From Octopus vulgaris (Eukaryota), in NCBI GenBank assembly GCA_951406725.2, contig OX597817.1:152334001-152398000 (forward strand): a stretch of DNA of 64,000 nt, in the 5' to 3' direction. The translations under genes were made by a program, and so were the position numbers. Below the pieces are notes generated by a model, which did not search any database, was not told the origin of the DNA, and worked only from the letters and a program-made list of their open reading frames with translations. Shown here piece by piece: positions 24,395-37,711 of this stretch (within the stretch, counting starts at the first letter, position 1; every line of letters begins with the position of its first letter).

Positions 24395-24610
24395 TATTGG
24401 TTTCAAATTTTGGCACAAGGTCAGCAATTCTGAGGGAGGGATAAATCAATTACATCAATGCTAGTGCTCAACTGGTACTTATTTTATCCAGCCCAAAAGG
24501 ATGAAAGGCAAAGTTGACTTTGGTGGAATTTGAACTCAGAATCTAAAGTAGGTGAAATGTTGCTAAGCATTTTGCCCCACATGCTAACAATTCTACCAGC
24601 TCACTGCCTA
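24395..24610 (-). mobile_element. SINE family B variant (others at ~27052-27176, 36388-36630, 50975-51143, 56045-56223, 61449-61657)
   Basis: Shared head and central domain with an alternative TTGTGCCAAAATTTGAAAC tail. Confidence 0.75.
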
Positions 24611-25749
24611 AAGTTCAGAGAAATATTACCTTTGTTAATAACAGAGGTACTCTCTCTTTGAGTGAAAGCAAATTGTATGATATTTGTGTATGAACTGTGG
24701 TGCTGCATGGTAGTGAGACACAACCCTTGTTCTGGCATTCCATCACTGTCCTCTTTTATCTCCTTTCCAACTACTCCCATCCAACCCTATATAATGTGGG
24801 GTAGCCATGACATCTGTGCTTGTCCTCTTACCATACTTTAGCTCTTCAAACACCTGGCATAAAGACACCTTACCTTCTCAAAAACTCCTTGTCACTTAGT
24901 AGCATGAGCTTTTTCATTTTCCTTTTTCTGTCTTGCAAGTTACTTAACAACCTCACTAGTGCTGATGACATGTAAAAGCACTCAGTATACACTGTAATGT
25001 GGTTGGCATTAGGAATGGTATCCAGCTGTAGAAATTGTAGCATGTGGTTATGACAAAGACTTGGTGTCAGTTCATATACGTTAATTTTATGTTGTACTAG
25101 GCTTTCTGAGCATACAGAGTGTATCTTATATGAAGATTGTGTTTTACGGGTATTGAAGGTCTTCAACCGATAATTGATAATTTAGCTGGTTTTCTATGTC
25201 TCTGCAAAAATATATGGCTGTGTTGATTTTTTATCATCTTTGAGTTGGTTTAGAGCTGTGAAAACAGCTATTAGGAAAATTGAGCTGGTTTGAGTATGAA
25301 GCTGTGAAAACAGCTATGAGAGAAGAATTCACTGAGGATTGAAATGAATGAGGTCCCAATTCTCTCTGGCTTTTTGTGATCAATGTGTATGTTTTTAAGG
25401 CTGTCACTGAAAGAACTTTCTGGAACTGTTACATGAACAGTGAGTTCTGATTGGCTGAAACTGGGGTCTGCACACTTGGTAAATTTATGATTTACATGTG
25501 ATTGGAAATGAAGATGAAGTCAATTGCTATAAAATCATGCCAAAGCTGACACTGGGACACAGCGCAGCCCTGTGGTTCACTGGGTCCTATAAAACTATTC
25601 AATCCTTGTGAGCATGGAAAATGAATGTTAAATGATGTTGGTGATGATGATGATGATGATGATGTTGAAGATAATGTCTAAAGACTAGAAAGAACTGAAA
25701 CAAGCATGCTATTCTGAGGGTGTAATATTAGCAGGCAGTAAATGACAGA

Positions 25750-25983
25750 AGGCGGTGAGCTGGCAGAAACGTTAGCACGCCAGGCGAAATGTGTAGCTGT
25801 ATTTCGTCTGCTGCTACGTTCTGAGTTCAAATTCCACCGAGGTTGACTTTGCCTTTCATCCTTTCGGGGTCAATAAATTAAGTACCAGTTATGCACTGGG
25901 CTCGATGTAATCGACTTAATCTATTTGTCTGTCCTTGTTTGTCCCCTCTGTGTGTAGCCCCTTGTGGGCAGTAAAGAAATAAG
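25750..25983 (+). mobile_element. SINE family B (full length)
   Basis: Head, central domain and CCCTTGTGGGCAGTAAAGAAATA end. Confidence 0.9.
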
Positions 25984-26140
25984 AAGGTAAATGAGTTAAA
26001 GGAAAATCTAGATGTAAGAGGAATCAGATGTAATAAGCAAGAGAGAAGACTGAACTACTATGTCCAAGTGATGCACATGGAGGATGGCAGTTGGCTACAG
26101 AAGTGTCAGGTAAAGGGAACCTTTGATAGAAGAAGAGTAA

Positions 26141-26360
26141 CCCTTTCATTACTGTATTTATTTTGAGATGCTCTGTGTTTCTTTCAATTACTTTAAATAT
26201 AACAAAGAATTTAGTAAAACAACTTAGTTATCATTAAGCTAGTGTTAGGAACATAAATTGTGATTAAGGTTTGGTGGAAGATTTTAATTCAAAACTTATG
26301 AAAACAAGACATTTGTACTCAGAGCCAGAGCCGGTTTCAGCCGGGTTGGTAACGAAAGGG
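26141..26360 (-). mobile_element. piggyBac-type MITE, family 1, with GTAA target duplication
   Basis: Reverse-complement copy of 1781-2001 flanked by GTAA on both sides. Confidence 0.85.
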
Positions 26361-26586
26361 GTAAGGAAGACATGGGAAAAAGAACTGAAGGCTGTTGTCT
26401 GGAGGTAAAATTTCATGAACGAGATGATGACTGCAACAAGTGGTAAGATGCTGTGTTGAAGAAGACTCATCCAATCCATGCAGAAGTACAAAAATGGATG
26501 TAAAGTGATGATGATGATGATGATGATGACTATTTTAGCTATAAATTATTGTCTGATTAAGAGATCAGTCAGTCTATCAATAATTA

Positions 26587-27030
26587 CCTTTTACTTGTTT
26601 CAATCATTAGATTGTAACCATTCTGGGGCACTGACTGGAAGAATTTTAGTTGAGTGAAACGACCCCTGTACTTATTTTCTTTTAAGCCTGGCACTTATTC
26701 TATAAGTCTCTTTTGCCAAGCCACTAAGTTATGGAGATGCACACACACCAACACTGGTTGTCAAGCAATGGTGGGGGACCACCAAAGACACATACATACA
26801 TACATACATACATATATACATACATACACACACATACATACATATGTACATACATATACACAAATATATGTATATATATGATGGGCTTCTTTCAGTTTCT
26901 GTCAGCAAAATCCACCCACAAGGTTTTGGTCAGCCCAAAGCTGTAGCAGAAGACACTCACCCAAGGTATCACAATGGTACTGAACCCAAAACTATGTGGT
27001 TGGGAAGCTAACTCCTTACCCCACATCACA
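26587..27030 (-). mobile_element. SINE family A with expanded internal microsatellite
   Basis: Similar to family A. Confidence 0.8.
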
Positions 27031-28584
27031 GCTAATTGTGTCCTATGTATAATCTTTTCTACTCTAGGCACAAAACCTGAAATTTTTGGGGAGAGGGCCA
27101 GTCGATTAGATCGACCCAGCATGCAACTGGTACTTAATTCATCGACCCCAATAGCATGAAAGGCAAAGTCGGCCCTGTGTCCTATGTATAATGACAGTAT
27201 AATGAAATTATACAAGATGATTAAGATGATACTGTCTGCTTCGAAGTTTTCCTCAACTTAACCAAAACTGAAGAGAAAAGTTGCTTTGAAATGCTTTCAA
27301 AAAATTAAAATTAGTCAATTTGCATTGATTAATGTATCAAATTTTTAAGTAAGTCAAAAGTATTAAATTACAAAATATGATAGGCAAATTAAACTAGACC
27401 AGTCAAAGCCAAGAGGGAGCTTCTACATGATCAATCACCTCACTAGAAATAGCAGCAAAATCTTACGTAAGTTACACCCAACTTATAAAACTGAATAACC
27501 CAATGGATGATGTAGATCAGTTCTCCTCTATCTCTTTATTAATAGGAAAACACTACGATTATGCATCCATATAATTCTTCGTCCTTCGGCATGAGGTTGG
27601 ACACGTTTAAAATCATACGTCTTAATTAAACAGCAATTTGACCGTCCTCTTTTCAATCCCACAGGCCACCTTAACGTTAGACGACATACGAGGGCTCGGC
27701 AATTTCTTGCTGAACAATCACATAGATAATTTGTTTATAGCGATCAAATGCTTGTGTTCATTTAAGGTCACTCCCTCCATCAAATCGACATTACCTGTAC
27801 AGGTGCACCATGTGCCACATGTCAGACGACGAAATGATCGTAGAGCAACGTGAAATAATGTGCTTTACTCAAGAAGACAACGCAACGCCCGGTCTCGGAT
27901 TCGAAATCACGATCTCACAATCGTGAGGGCAATACCCTAACCACTAAGCCATGCGCTTTCACGCGCGCAACACACACAAAGAAAGAAAGAAAGAAAACAG
28001 GACGATCACGAGTGAAATGTTTTGATCATAGGTCAGTTGGATCAGAGCCGATGTGGAGCTACGAAGCCACACCTACAAAATCAATAATTTTAAATTTATA
28101 TTTTTCAAATTAGATGGTTATGGGCTCGTTCTTCTATATAGGATACAACCCAGACCTCTGAACACACAGAGCAATTTATATTTATTCGAGAGTATAAAGT
28201 TCTAATTGTTTAGATAAGGTCGAATTCGCAGGAATACACACATGATAGTCAGATAGTATCACTTGTCATTAATGATTATCGTATTTTTCAGACAACGCAT
28301 TATTATGAAATATAATAGATTAATGCAAGATTTACTGCTTAAATATGGAAAAGTAATCACTTCTTTTATCTAGCAGTTTTATATATCTTTATAGTGGGAG
28401 GTAATTCTGCTCGAAATCAAGGTTCGCTTATATTAATTATTATTAAATGTGCATGTATAATGATGAATGAAAATAGAAATTAATATTTTTTGTGTACGAA
28501 ATATAAATTATACTAAAAGAAATATATATCAGTGAAATTCATTTCCTAAACACAAAAAATAAAATAAATCTATTGAAATTAATG

Positions 28585-28630
28585 TAACTAGCAGACGACT
28601 TTGTACAGTTTCCTGTGTAATGGCGGCGAA
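28585..28630 (+). promoter_or_regulatory. Putative TTC7 proximal promoter/5'UTR with ETS-like (TTTCCTGT) and YY1-like (AATGGCGGC, overlapping the ATG) motifs
   Basis: Motifs read directly from sequence. CpG dinucleotides are visibly better retained around 27.5-29.4 kb than in the flanks. Confidence 0.4.
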
Positions 28631-28740
28631 AGTGAAGCCATCCCGGCTGGAGGCTGAAATTGAGAAATGTAGGGCCGAATGCAGCTGGCAAAGGGCTTTA
28701 GAATTTGTCAGACAACTTGTTCACAAGTCTCCAGGTTTTG
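28620..28740 (+). CDS. TTC7: TTC7-family (tetratricopeptide repeat protein 7, PI4KIII-alpha complex scaffold) coding exon 1
   Basis: ATG at 28620 gives MAAKVKPSRLEAEIEKCRAECSWQRALEFVRQLVHKSPGF, matching the recalled TTC7 N-terminus pattern (SRLExEIExCRxECxW). The 121-nt exon ends at a canonical GTAAGT donor at 28741 (phase 1). Confidence 0.88.
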
Positions 28741-29414
28741 GTAAGTCAAGTCTTTTCAATCCAGATTTTTTCTTTCGTTTCCATTTCCTTTGAGTTTTAT
28801 TGCAGTAGTGGCTTTTAACGCAAATGCCACACCAAGGAGGTTTCCTTCTCACATTTGTTGGATTTTCCTTCTTGTAATTTATAAAACACATATTCAACAG
28901 ACATCGTAGCAGTAGAGATGTTATGGATTCATGTCAAGTTTATTGTAACCGTTGATATCCATGCTGTAAGCTTAAAGCTTTGGTGTACATACGAGGGGGC
29001 GAGCGTTGTTGAGCAATAGATAACATCACGGTCGAAACAAATCCGCGATACCGTTTCGATACCTGATCGAAGACTATTTCATTGCCTTCAGATTACACTT
29101 CTAATATTCCTGTCAAAGGCACGAATGCCATAACTTTCAACTGTACCTCTTTTGATTCCCAAGATCTATGTAGCTGATAAAAAAAAAAGAATACCCCAAT
29201 ATATGTTTACATGAGTGTCAAGTGCTGTAAAGTAGGATGTAAACTCGGTGAGTGGGTGTCCACGTTACTGTTTCGATGTCAAGTCGATGCTATTTTCTTT
29301 CCGTTTACGCTGCCAAGTGCTTTTCGGACAGATCCAAATGCCACACAAGAATCATATTTCCTCATCTCCTTAAATAGTTATCCTATCTGCTAATGCAAGA
29401 AATCAATAAATTTC

Positions 29415-29417
<3 letters not shown>

Positions 29418-29477
<60 letters not shown>

Positions 29478-29510
29478 CATACATACACACATACATACAT
29501 ATATACATAC

Positions 29511-29551
<41 letters not shown>

Positions 29552-29668
29552 CACACACATACATACATACATACATACACACATACATATATACATACAT
29601 AAATTATATATACATACATACATACATTATATATATATGTTTATATATATAGAGAGAGAGAGAGACAG

Positions 29669-29727
<59 letters not shown>
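29418..29727. repeat. Compound microsatellite (TA)n/(TACA)n/(GA)n/(GATA)n
   Basis: Read directly. Confidence 0.95.
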
Positions 29728-30348
29728 CATTTATGCATATATACATTGCACAGTGGTTGGTCGGCTTATATTATGCATTTATATGGTCATTATAAACTTT
29801 TTCGATCGCAAGTTGTATATGGACACGCATGCATGCTTGCATCCATCCACACACACAGATATATACACATGTAACGCGTATGTGTGCGTGTGTGCTGTCT
29901 TAATGTATCGCCACGAATCAGTGATATATAAATGTTACAATTAGATCCGTAACTAGAAGTTATATAATCATTTCTCTTTTCGCTCCTTGACCGCTGTTGT
30001 CCATTAACCCAGTTCTTTAAACGAGGTTAATGCTCACTATCCCTTCAACACCTAAGTCATTGAGGTTTGTAAAACGAAACCCCTTTACCATTGGGAAGAT
30101 AAATCGCAAACAAAGATCAGTGATAAAGTGTACAGTTCCTGTTGTTATTTAACATTTCAGTGCAGGGAGATCAGATATAATTTTTCATTCTGTTGATGTA
30201 TTATACATTTATACAGTCGACCAAACTGTAGTTTGTATGATTATGCAGTACTGTTTACCTTACATATAAATAGACATATATCAGATGTTACATGTTACGT
30301 TTTGTATCACAAGATAAACAAATCTCTCTCTGTCGCTTGCTCTCCTTC

Positions 30349-30351
<3 letters not shown>

Positions 30352-30394
<43 letters not shown>

Positions 30395-30401
30395 CATACA
30401 T

Positions 30402-30435
<34 letters not shown>

Positions 30436-30516
30436 CATACATATATATATATATATATATACATACATATATATATATATATATACATATACATACATAT
30501 ATATATATATATACAT

Positions 30517-30547
<31 letters not shown>

Positions 30548-30604
30548 GTCCAACCCATGCTAGCATGGAAAACGGACGCTAAACGATGATGATGATATAT
30601 ACAT

Positions 30605-30685
<81 letters not shown>
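30352..30685. repeat. Compound (TA)n/(TACA)n microsatellite containing a ~50-bp RTE tail fragment
   Basis: Read directly; GTCCAACCCATGCTAGCATGG..GATGAT at 30548-30595. Confidence 0.95.
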
Positions 30686-30859
30686 GATATGCCCATTGTG
30701 CTGTTCATGTTTGGAGGACTGAGAGATGTTATCACCTTGTTTGGAAACAGGAAATGGTTGGCAATAGAAACAGCATCCAACTGTAGAAAAATCTACCTCC
30801 ATGAATTTCGTCTACAAACATGAAAAAGTAGATATTAAAATGATTATATATATAACCTT

Positions 30860-31162
30860 TTCACGTAAAAAGCACCATCCGATCGTGGCCGTTGCCAGCC
30901 TCGCTTGGACCCCGTGCCGGTGGCGCGTAAAAAGCACCATCCGACTGCGGCCGTTTGGCAGCCCCGTCTGGCACCTGTGCCGGTGGCACGTAAAAAGCAC
31001 CCACTACACTCACGGAGTGGTTGGCGTTAGGAAGGGCATCCAGCCGTAGAAACATTGCCAGATCAGACTGGGCCTGGTGCAGCCTTCTGGCCTCCCAGAC
31101 CCCAGTTGAACTGTCCAACCCATGCTAGCATGGAAAGCGGACGCTAAATAATGATGATGATG
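30860..31162 (+). mobile_element. RTE 3'UTR-derived element
   Basis: As above. Confidence 0.85.
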
Positions 31163-31167
31163 AGGAG

Positions 31168-32251
31168 GAGGAGGGGGCCTTTTAGGGCATCAGTATCTGT
31201 GGGAGGAAGCTATTTTCAGATTAGAGATCTGGCCTAAATACTTGTGGACTCTGTAATAGGGATTCAATGGCCAGGTTATAGGAATTCTGTGGCTGATGGA
31301 TTGTCTACCACCAAATTTTACACCTCTTTGTTCAACTTGTTATCACAAATAGGTACTGTATCATTCTAGACTTAACGCCATAAAAGCTGGACCTAAATAT
31401 GATGATGATATATGTAAAGTGTTGAGGCACATGGCTTAATGGTTAGTGTGTTGCACCTATGATTACAAGATTTCTGGACCAGGTAATGCTTTGTGCTCTT
31501 GAGCAATATGCTTTATTTCATGTTGCTCAAGTTCAATTATTTAGTAAAAATGTGTGATCTTGTAAAGGACTGGTGTCCCATTCAGTGGGGTAATATATAT
31601 GTTACAGAATCCGATAAACTGTCCTCATGAACCTATGGCTTGGGAGGGATCATTGATCCTTTTGAAATATATATACGCAAGAGCATGAGGCCTACTGGTT
31701 AGGGTGCTGCAGTCACAGTCATGAGATTATAGTTTCAATAACCAGATGTTCTGCGATCACTTTGACATCTAACAGCTAGTACATTATGTACCTGTAAAGG
31801 TAGTGTCAGTTTGATGGAGAGAGCAAGCTAATGTGTAGCACAAACATTTGATCTCTATGAACAAATTGTCTGAAGAATTTGTTTAGCAAGGTGCTGAACC
31901 CTCATCTGTTGTCTACCCCACTCCCTCATATATAGTCAGTACTTGGGCTTGAGGTTAATAAGTTTGAACATAGATCTGTATTTTTTGTATTTAGAGAGCA
32001 TTTTTATGTAAATAGCTTAGAGGAGGGGTCCTTTTAGGGCATCAGTATCTGTGGGAGGAAGCTATTTTCAGATTAGAGATCTGGCCTAAATACTTGTGGA
32101 CTCTGTAATAGGGATTCTATGGCTAGGTTATAGGAATTCTGTGGCTGATGGATTGTCTACCACCAAATTTTACACCTCTTTGTTCAACTTGTTATCACAA
32201 ATAGGTACTGTATCATTCTAGACTTAATGCCATAAAAGCTGGACCTAAATA
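31168..32251. repeat. 232-bp dispersed direct repeat (31168-31399 and 32020-32251)
   Basis: Near-identical GAGGAGGGG..CCTTTTAGGGCATC...GGACCTAAATA copies. Confidence 0.95.
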
Positions 32252-32418
32252 CTGGTCCTTAAGAGTTCTTTGCAGCTTAGGAAGTATTTAGAATGATAAA
32301 TTCAAAGTTTTATCAAAACCCACTATATATCTGATTGTGTTAATAGTAGCCTCCCAGTCTTACAACAGCTCTGGTGTCAATAAATTCATCACCTCTTTGA
32401 CATGTTTTTCTCCTTTAA

Positions 32419-32636
32419 CCCTTTAGTATTTAAACTGGCCATATCTGGCACAAATATTCTACTTCTTTTATGTTAAACTGGCCAGATGTGACCTCTCACA
32501 CCTACACTACAATATCATTCAAGAATTTAATAGTTACCTCATCAAAATCTTAAAGCTGCAAGATAATGCATAATTAATTAAAGACATATGAATAAATAAG
32601 CATTACTTTTGACAGAATAATGTGAACGCTAAAGGG
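32419..32636 (+). mobile_element. piggyBac-type MITE, family 2
   Basis: TTAA|CCCTTTAG...CTAAAGGG|TTAG; related to 48680-48865 and 63362-63579. Confidence 0.7.
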
Positions 32637-33077
32637 TTAGTGTGCTTCATCAACCATAATTAAGTGGATAGAGTATTTTGCTTTGTATCTAAAATTTTAA
32701 ATGCTACTAATTTGCCAATAGTTCTATGTAAGGTATTGATTTCATGGCTCATATATGGTGATGAATATCCATTGTTTGACAATGTTGATTCTGGATTAAC
32801 ATAAAAGTGGCTGAGCATTTCACAGACACCCATAATGTAATTCTGAGACAGAATCAGTATGACACAATGTGTGAAAAGGCTTTATCTTTTGGATCACAGG
32901 TACAATCCACCCTATTGGTTTCTATTCAGTTTCTGTTGACTTAATTTCTCTCACAAAGTATGGGTTAACCCTGAAACCATAGAAAATGATATTTGTTCAA
33001 GATGTTATGTTGAGAATTCAAACCTAGGATCTTGTGGATGCAAAGTAAATTTCTTAATGGTTTGACTATACTCATTA

Positions 33078-33420
33078 TCATCATCCATCATTTTGAATCT
33101 GGGTTTTGTCCCCGTTAACAGGGGTGGCCGGATCTACCTCAATGCCATAGCAACTGCCCTCACACCATCTCGCCATCTTGCCTGGTTTTGGGCATCCTCC
33201 CTTCTCAAACCAACCCTCCCCATCTCCTCCTCCACCTTGTCCCCTCCACATTTTCCTCACTCTGCCTTGCTTTTGCTGTCCCTTCACCTCAAACTCTAGC
33301 ACCCTCCTCAGAATATGCTCCTCATCCCTCCTCAACACATACCCATACCACCGTGCTCCATTCACTCTTGCCAGCCATTCCACTGATTACTCTAGCCCCA
33401 ACATCCCCATCAACAGAAAA
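33078..33420 (-). mobile_element. RTE LINE 3' end
   Basis: RWYGYVLRRDEEHILRRVLEFEVKG...GRVRKMW followed by a GAT tail. Confidence 0.8.
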
Positions 33421-33859
33421 TCCATCCACGAAAAAGCCTCATGAAAGGATATACTATGCCTGCATATTGAAAAAGTACTTGTAGATTTGTTAGGCAAAAA
33501 TTGAAAGAAGTTCATTGCATATAAATATATATCTATCCTTTCAATGCTGGCATGGAAAGCAGACATTAAATGATGATGATGATCTGATTCCTACAATAAT
33601 CTTATAAACTGACAAGGCAGGTTGGGTTTAACCCAAGATGATAGGTGAGAGTCACTGAAGAGCATTAATATAAATGCGAAATCACTGTGATCTGGCTATT
33701 CCTAGTCACTGTGAGAGCTTGCATTACTTCTTGTGGCTATGAGTTGTTTTAACACTTATTTCTAGCAATACTGGTGCTGACTAGTGCCCTCAGTTACTTT
33801 AGTGACATATATGTTTCTGCCTTTCAGTTGTAAAATTGCAAACAAGCCACCTTTATTTA

Positions 33860-33917
<58 letters not shown>

Positions 33918-34814
33918 TACATACATACACATTTATACACATATACACACATGCAAGTGTGTATGTGTGTGTGTGTATTCATGTTTTTTTTTTTACAGTT
34001 GTGATCCTCTCACAATTGCTGAGCTAAAACAGTAATGTTGTCATTTACCCTGTCAACAGACTGCCTCATGGCTTTGCATCTTTAATGATATGGAATAAGG
34101 AACCATTTGATAATGAAGTGATGTTGCTGAAAGGAAGGGCATCTGACGGTAAAGCTGTCATAATATGTTTCAAATTTTCTGATGCGTGGAAGCATAGGAA
34201 AAAAAAAATAAACGATTTTATTTTATATATATATTTTATATATATTTATATATACATATACATATATATATATATGTGCATAGATCAATGATCATCATTA
34301 TCATTTTAACACTTGTCCAACCCATGTTGGAAAACGGATGTTAAATGATGATGATGATGACGACGACCCATTTTTCCATGTTTACAAGGTCAAACAGAGT
34401 TTATAGAGGCAGATTTTCTCTCATGGGATGCTCTTCCTGTTGTTAATCCTCACCTGTTTCCTCATGGCCAGACATGTTCATGCAGAATAATGGATATAGA
34501 TGACAGTGACAATCATTTTATGACTATCATGCAATATCATGACAAGGAGGCACAAATATACACACACTCACATGTACATCATACATCACACCCAAACATA
34601 TATATATTTATATACATATAAAGTGCAGGCTTCTTATAATTTCTGTCTGCCAAATCTGTTCACAAAACTTTAGCTGGCCTGGGTTATAATAGAAAATACT
34701 TGCCCAAGGTGCCATGCAGTGGGACTGAACCTGGAACCATGTGGTTGGGAAGCAAGCTTCTTACCATGCAGCTAAACCTGTGCTTATAATGTATGTGTAT
34801 ATACATATATACAT

Positions 34815-35105
34815 AAATACAGATAGATTTGGGGTGGAAGGAAACTGAAAGAAGCCTCTCGTGTACACATACACATACACACACATATGCATGTGTGTGT
34901 GTTTGTGTTTATGTTTGTCCCCTATCACTGCTTGACAACTGGTGTTGGTATGTTTATGTTTCTATAACTTAGCAGTTCAGCAAAAGTGACCAATAGAATA
35001 AGTGCTAGGCTTAAAATAAGGAAAATAAGTACTGGGGTACTTAACTCAACTGAAAATTCAAGGTGGTGCCCCAGCATGGCCACAGCCTAATCACTGAAAA
35101 AGGAA
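34815..35105 (+). mobile_element. SINE family A (partial)
   Basis: Similar to the family A body and tail. Confidence 0.75.
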
Positions 35106-35464
35106 AAGATGTACCACCATCACCATCATTTAATGTCTGCTACCAATGCTGGCATGGGTTAGATTGTTTGACAGGAACTAGTAAGCCAGTGGGTTGCATC
35201 AGATTCCAGTCAGATTTGGTATGGTTTGTATGGCTGGATGCCTTTCCTAATGCCAGCCACTCTGAGAATGTAATGGATGCTTTTTACATGCCACTGGGAC
35301 AGGTGCCACTTAAATGACACCGGCAACGGCCGCGACTACAATTTCACAGGTGTCATTTACATGACACTGGCAATGACCGCGACTACGATTTCACTTGACT
35401 TGATGAGTCTCCTCAAGCACAGCACATATCATCAAAGGTCTCAGTCACTTATATATATATATAC

Positions 35465-35505
<41 letters not shown>

Positions 35506-35520
35506 TATAAAATATATATA

Positions 35521-35980
35521 TGGCACCCGTGCCAGTGGAGCACTAAGAGCACCATCCGAGTGTGATTGTTGCCAGAGCAGCTGACTGGCTTCCGTGCCGG
35601 TGGCACGTAAAAAGTACCATTCAAACGTGATCATTACCAGCGTCACCTTACTGGCACTTGTGCGTGCCGGTGGCACGTGAAAAACACTTGAGCAAGGTCA
35701 TTGCCAGTACTGTTGGACTGGCTCCTGTGCAGGTGACACATAAAAAGCATCACTTGCACGTGGCTGTTGCCAGTACTGCCTGACTGGCCCTTGAGCTGGT
35801 GGCACGTAAAAGCACCCACTACACTCTCGGAGTGGTTGGTGTTAGGAAGGGCATCCAGCTGTAGAAACTCTGCCAGATCAGATTGGAGCCTGGTGCAGCC
35901 ATCTCGCTTGCCAATCCTCAGTCAAGTCGTCCAACCCATGCTAGCATGGAAAGCGGACGTTAAATGATGATGATGATGAT
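35521..35980 (+). mobile_element. RTE 3'UTR-derived element (further copies ~1170-1380 -, 5360-5492 +, 19200-19430 +, 35120-35450 -, 36665-37140 +, 42010-42220 +, 62575-62830 -, 63075-63265 -)
   Basis: As above. Confidence 0.85.
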
Positions 35981-37239
35981 ATATATTCCAAGATTTAAGA
36001 TTAAGAACTGAATGAATTTAATAAAAGCATCTAAATATGAAACATCATGAAAATTGTTCAAACTGAAGTCATTCTTGAGCGACACCATTTTCCCATTCGA
36101 GTCAATACAGAATTCCAGATAGTATTTATGGAATTTTGATTTACTGTTGGGTGACTTTTGGACAACCCTGTATATGTATGTATACATATATATGATGGCC
36201 TTCTTTTCAGTTTCTGTTTACTAAATCCTCACCTTTGGCCTCGTTGGAGCTCTTGTAGAAATCATATGCTGAAGATGTGACATATTGGGACTAAACCTAA
36301 GATCACATAGTTAGAAAGTTAGCATTTTAACCATTCAGTTACATCTGCACCTTTGTGTGTGTAGTGTGTGTGTATAATTGTAAAATATATTGGTTTCAAT
36401 TTTTGGCACAAGGCCATCAACTCCAGTGGGGGAAGGAAGTTGATAACATCGACTCCAATAATCAACTGGTACTTATTTTATCGATCCCAAAAGATGATAG
36501 GCAAAGTTGACCTTGGCAGAATTTGAACAGAAAGTTGACCTTGGTGGAATTTGAATTTGGAATCTTAAGACAGATGAAATGCTGCTAATCATTTTGCTTG
36601 GCATGTTAATGAGTCTGCTAGTTCACTGCCTTAAATAATTGTAAAGTTTATTAAAATGTATTTCACTTTGGGCCTCACAGAGACTAGTGACTGAGACCTT
36701 TGGCGATATGCTGTGCTTGAGAAGACCCATCAAGCCAAGTGAAATTGCAGTCATGGCTGATGCAGGTGTCATGTAACTGGTACCCATGCTAGTGGCACAG
36801 AAAAAGCACCTTTTTGGCCTTAAAGTGGTCGATGTGGGTGGCATGTGAAAAACTCCTTTCGAGTGTTGGGCCTCACAGAGGCCTTTGGCATTATGTCGTG
36901 CTTGAGAAGAAGACCATTCAAGCCAAGTAAAATCGCAGTTGTGGCAGATACCATTGGCACATAAAAGCACCCATTACATTCTCTGAGTGGTTGGTGTTAG
37001 GAAGGGCATCCAGCCGTAGAAACAATGCCAAATCAGACTGAGGTCTGGTGCAGCCTTCCAGCTTACCAGGCCTGGTCAACCCGTCCAACCCATGCCAGCA
37101 TAGATAGATAACAGATACTAAATAACGATGATAATGATAATAAAATCATTGTGAATATTTGAACGATTCAAGGGACGTAACTCTATTTTAATGTTGAAAG
37201 AGTGACGTACCTTGGTGGTAAACGGAAATCTTTTTACCG

Positions 37240-37579
37240 CAGTGTTTCTCAACCGTGTTTTACCAATAGTCCCCTCTGATTCCTATTTCACTCCACTGTA
37301 CCCTAATAGCAACTTGACTTTAAAAAAATCCATTATATGTTTATAATTAAATATAATTAGGACGTCCCTTATGGGTCCGCCACATTTAGATGGCAAATAT
37401 ACTTCACGATTCCGTGCTGCTACTGTTTACTTCTCGCTCAGATGTATTATTGCTATTAAAAAATGATTATTAGAATATTTTGTGCAATGCAGAAGTCCAA
37501 TTAATTTGTTGCTCATACGTTTTAACAAGATCCTATATGGATCTCCAAGGGTCTTGTGGATGCCGGTTGAGAACTACTG
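37240..37579. mobile_element. hAT (Charlie-like) MITE with an internal inserted fragment
   Basis: CAGTGTTTCTCAACCG...CGGTTGAGAACTACTG TIRs; TSD degraded. Confidence 0.65.
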
Positions 37580-37643
37580 TTCTGCAATGTCGCTTGACTT
37601 GACCTACTAGAAATACCAGTTAAATCTCAAATCACATACTACC

Positions 37644-37703
<60 letters not shown>

Positions 37704-37711
37704 TGAAGACA

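Noticed and set aside
31168-32251. LTR retrotransposon interpretation of the 232-bp direct repeats
   Set aside because: No TG..CA ends, PBS, PPT or TSD; the interior is two SINEs.
35521-35812. CRISPR-like spacing of palindromic units
   Set aside because: Eukaryotic context, no cas genes, and the intervening segments are homologous; this is the RTE 3'UTR minisatellite.
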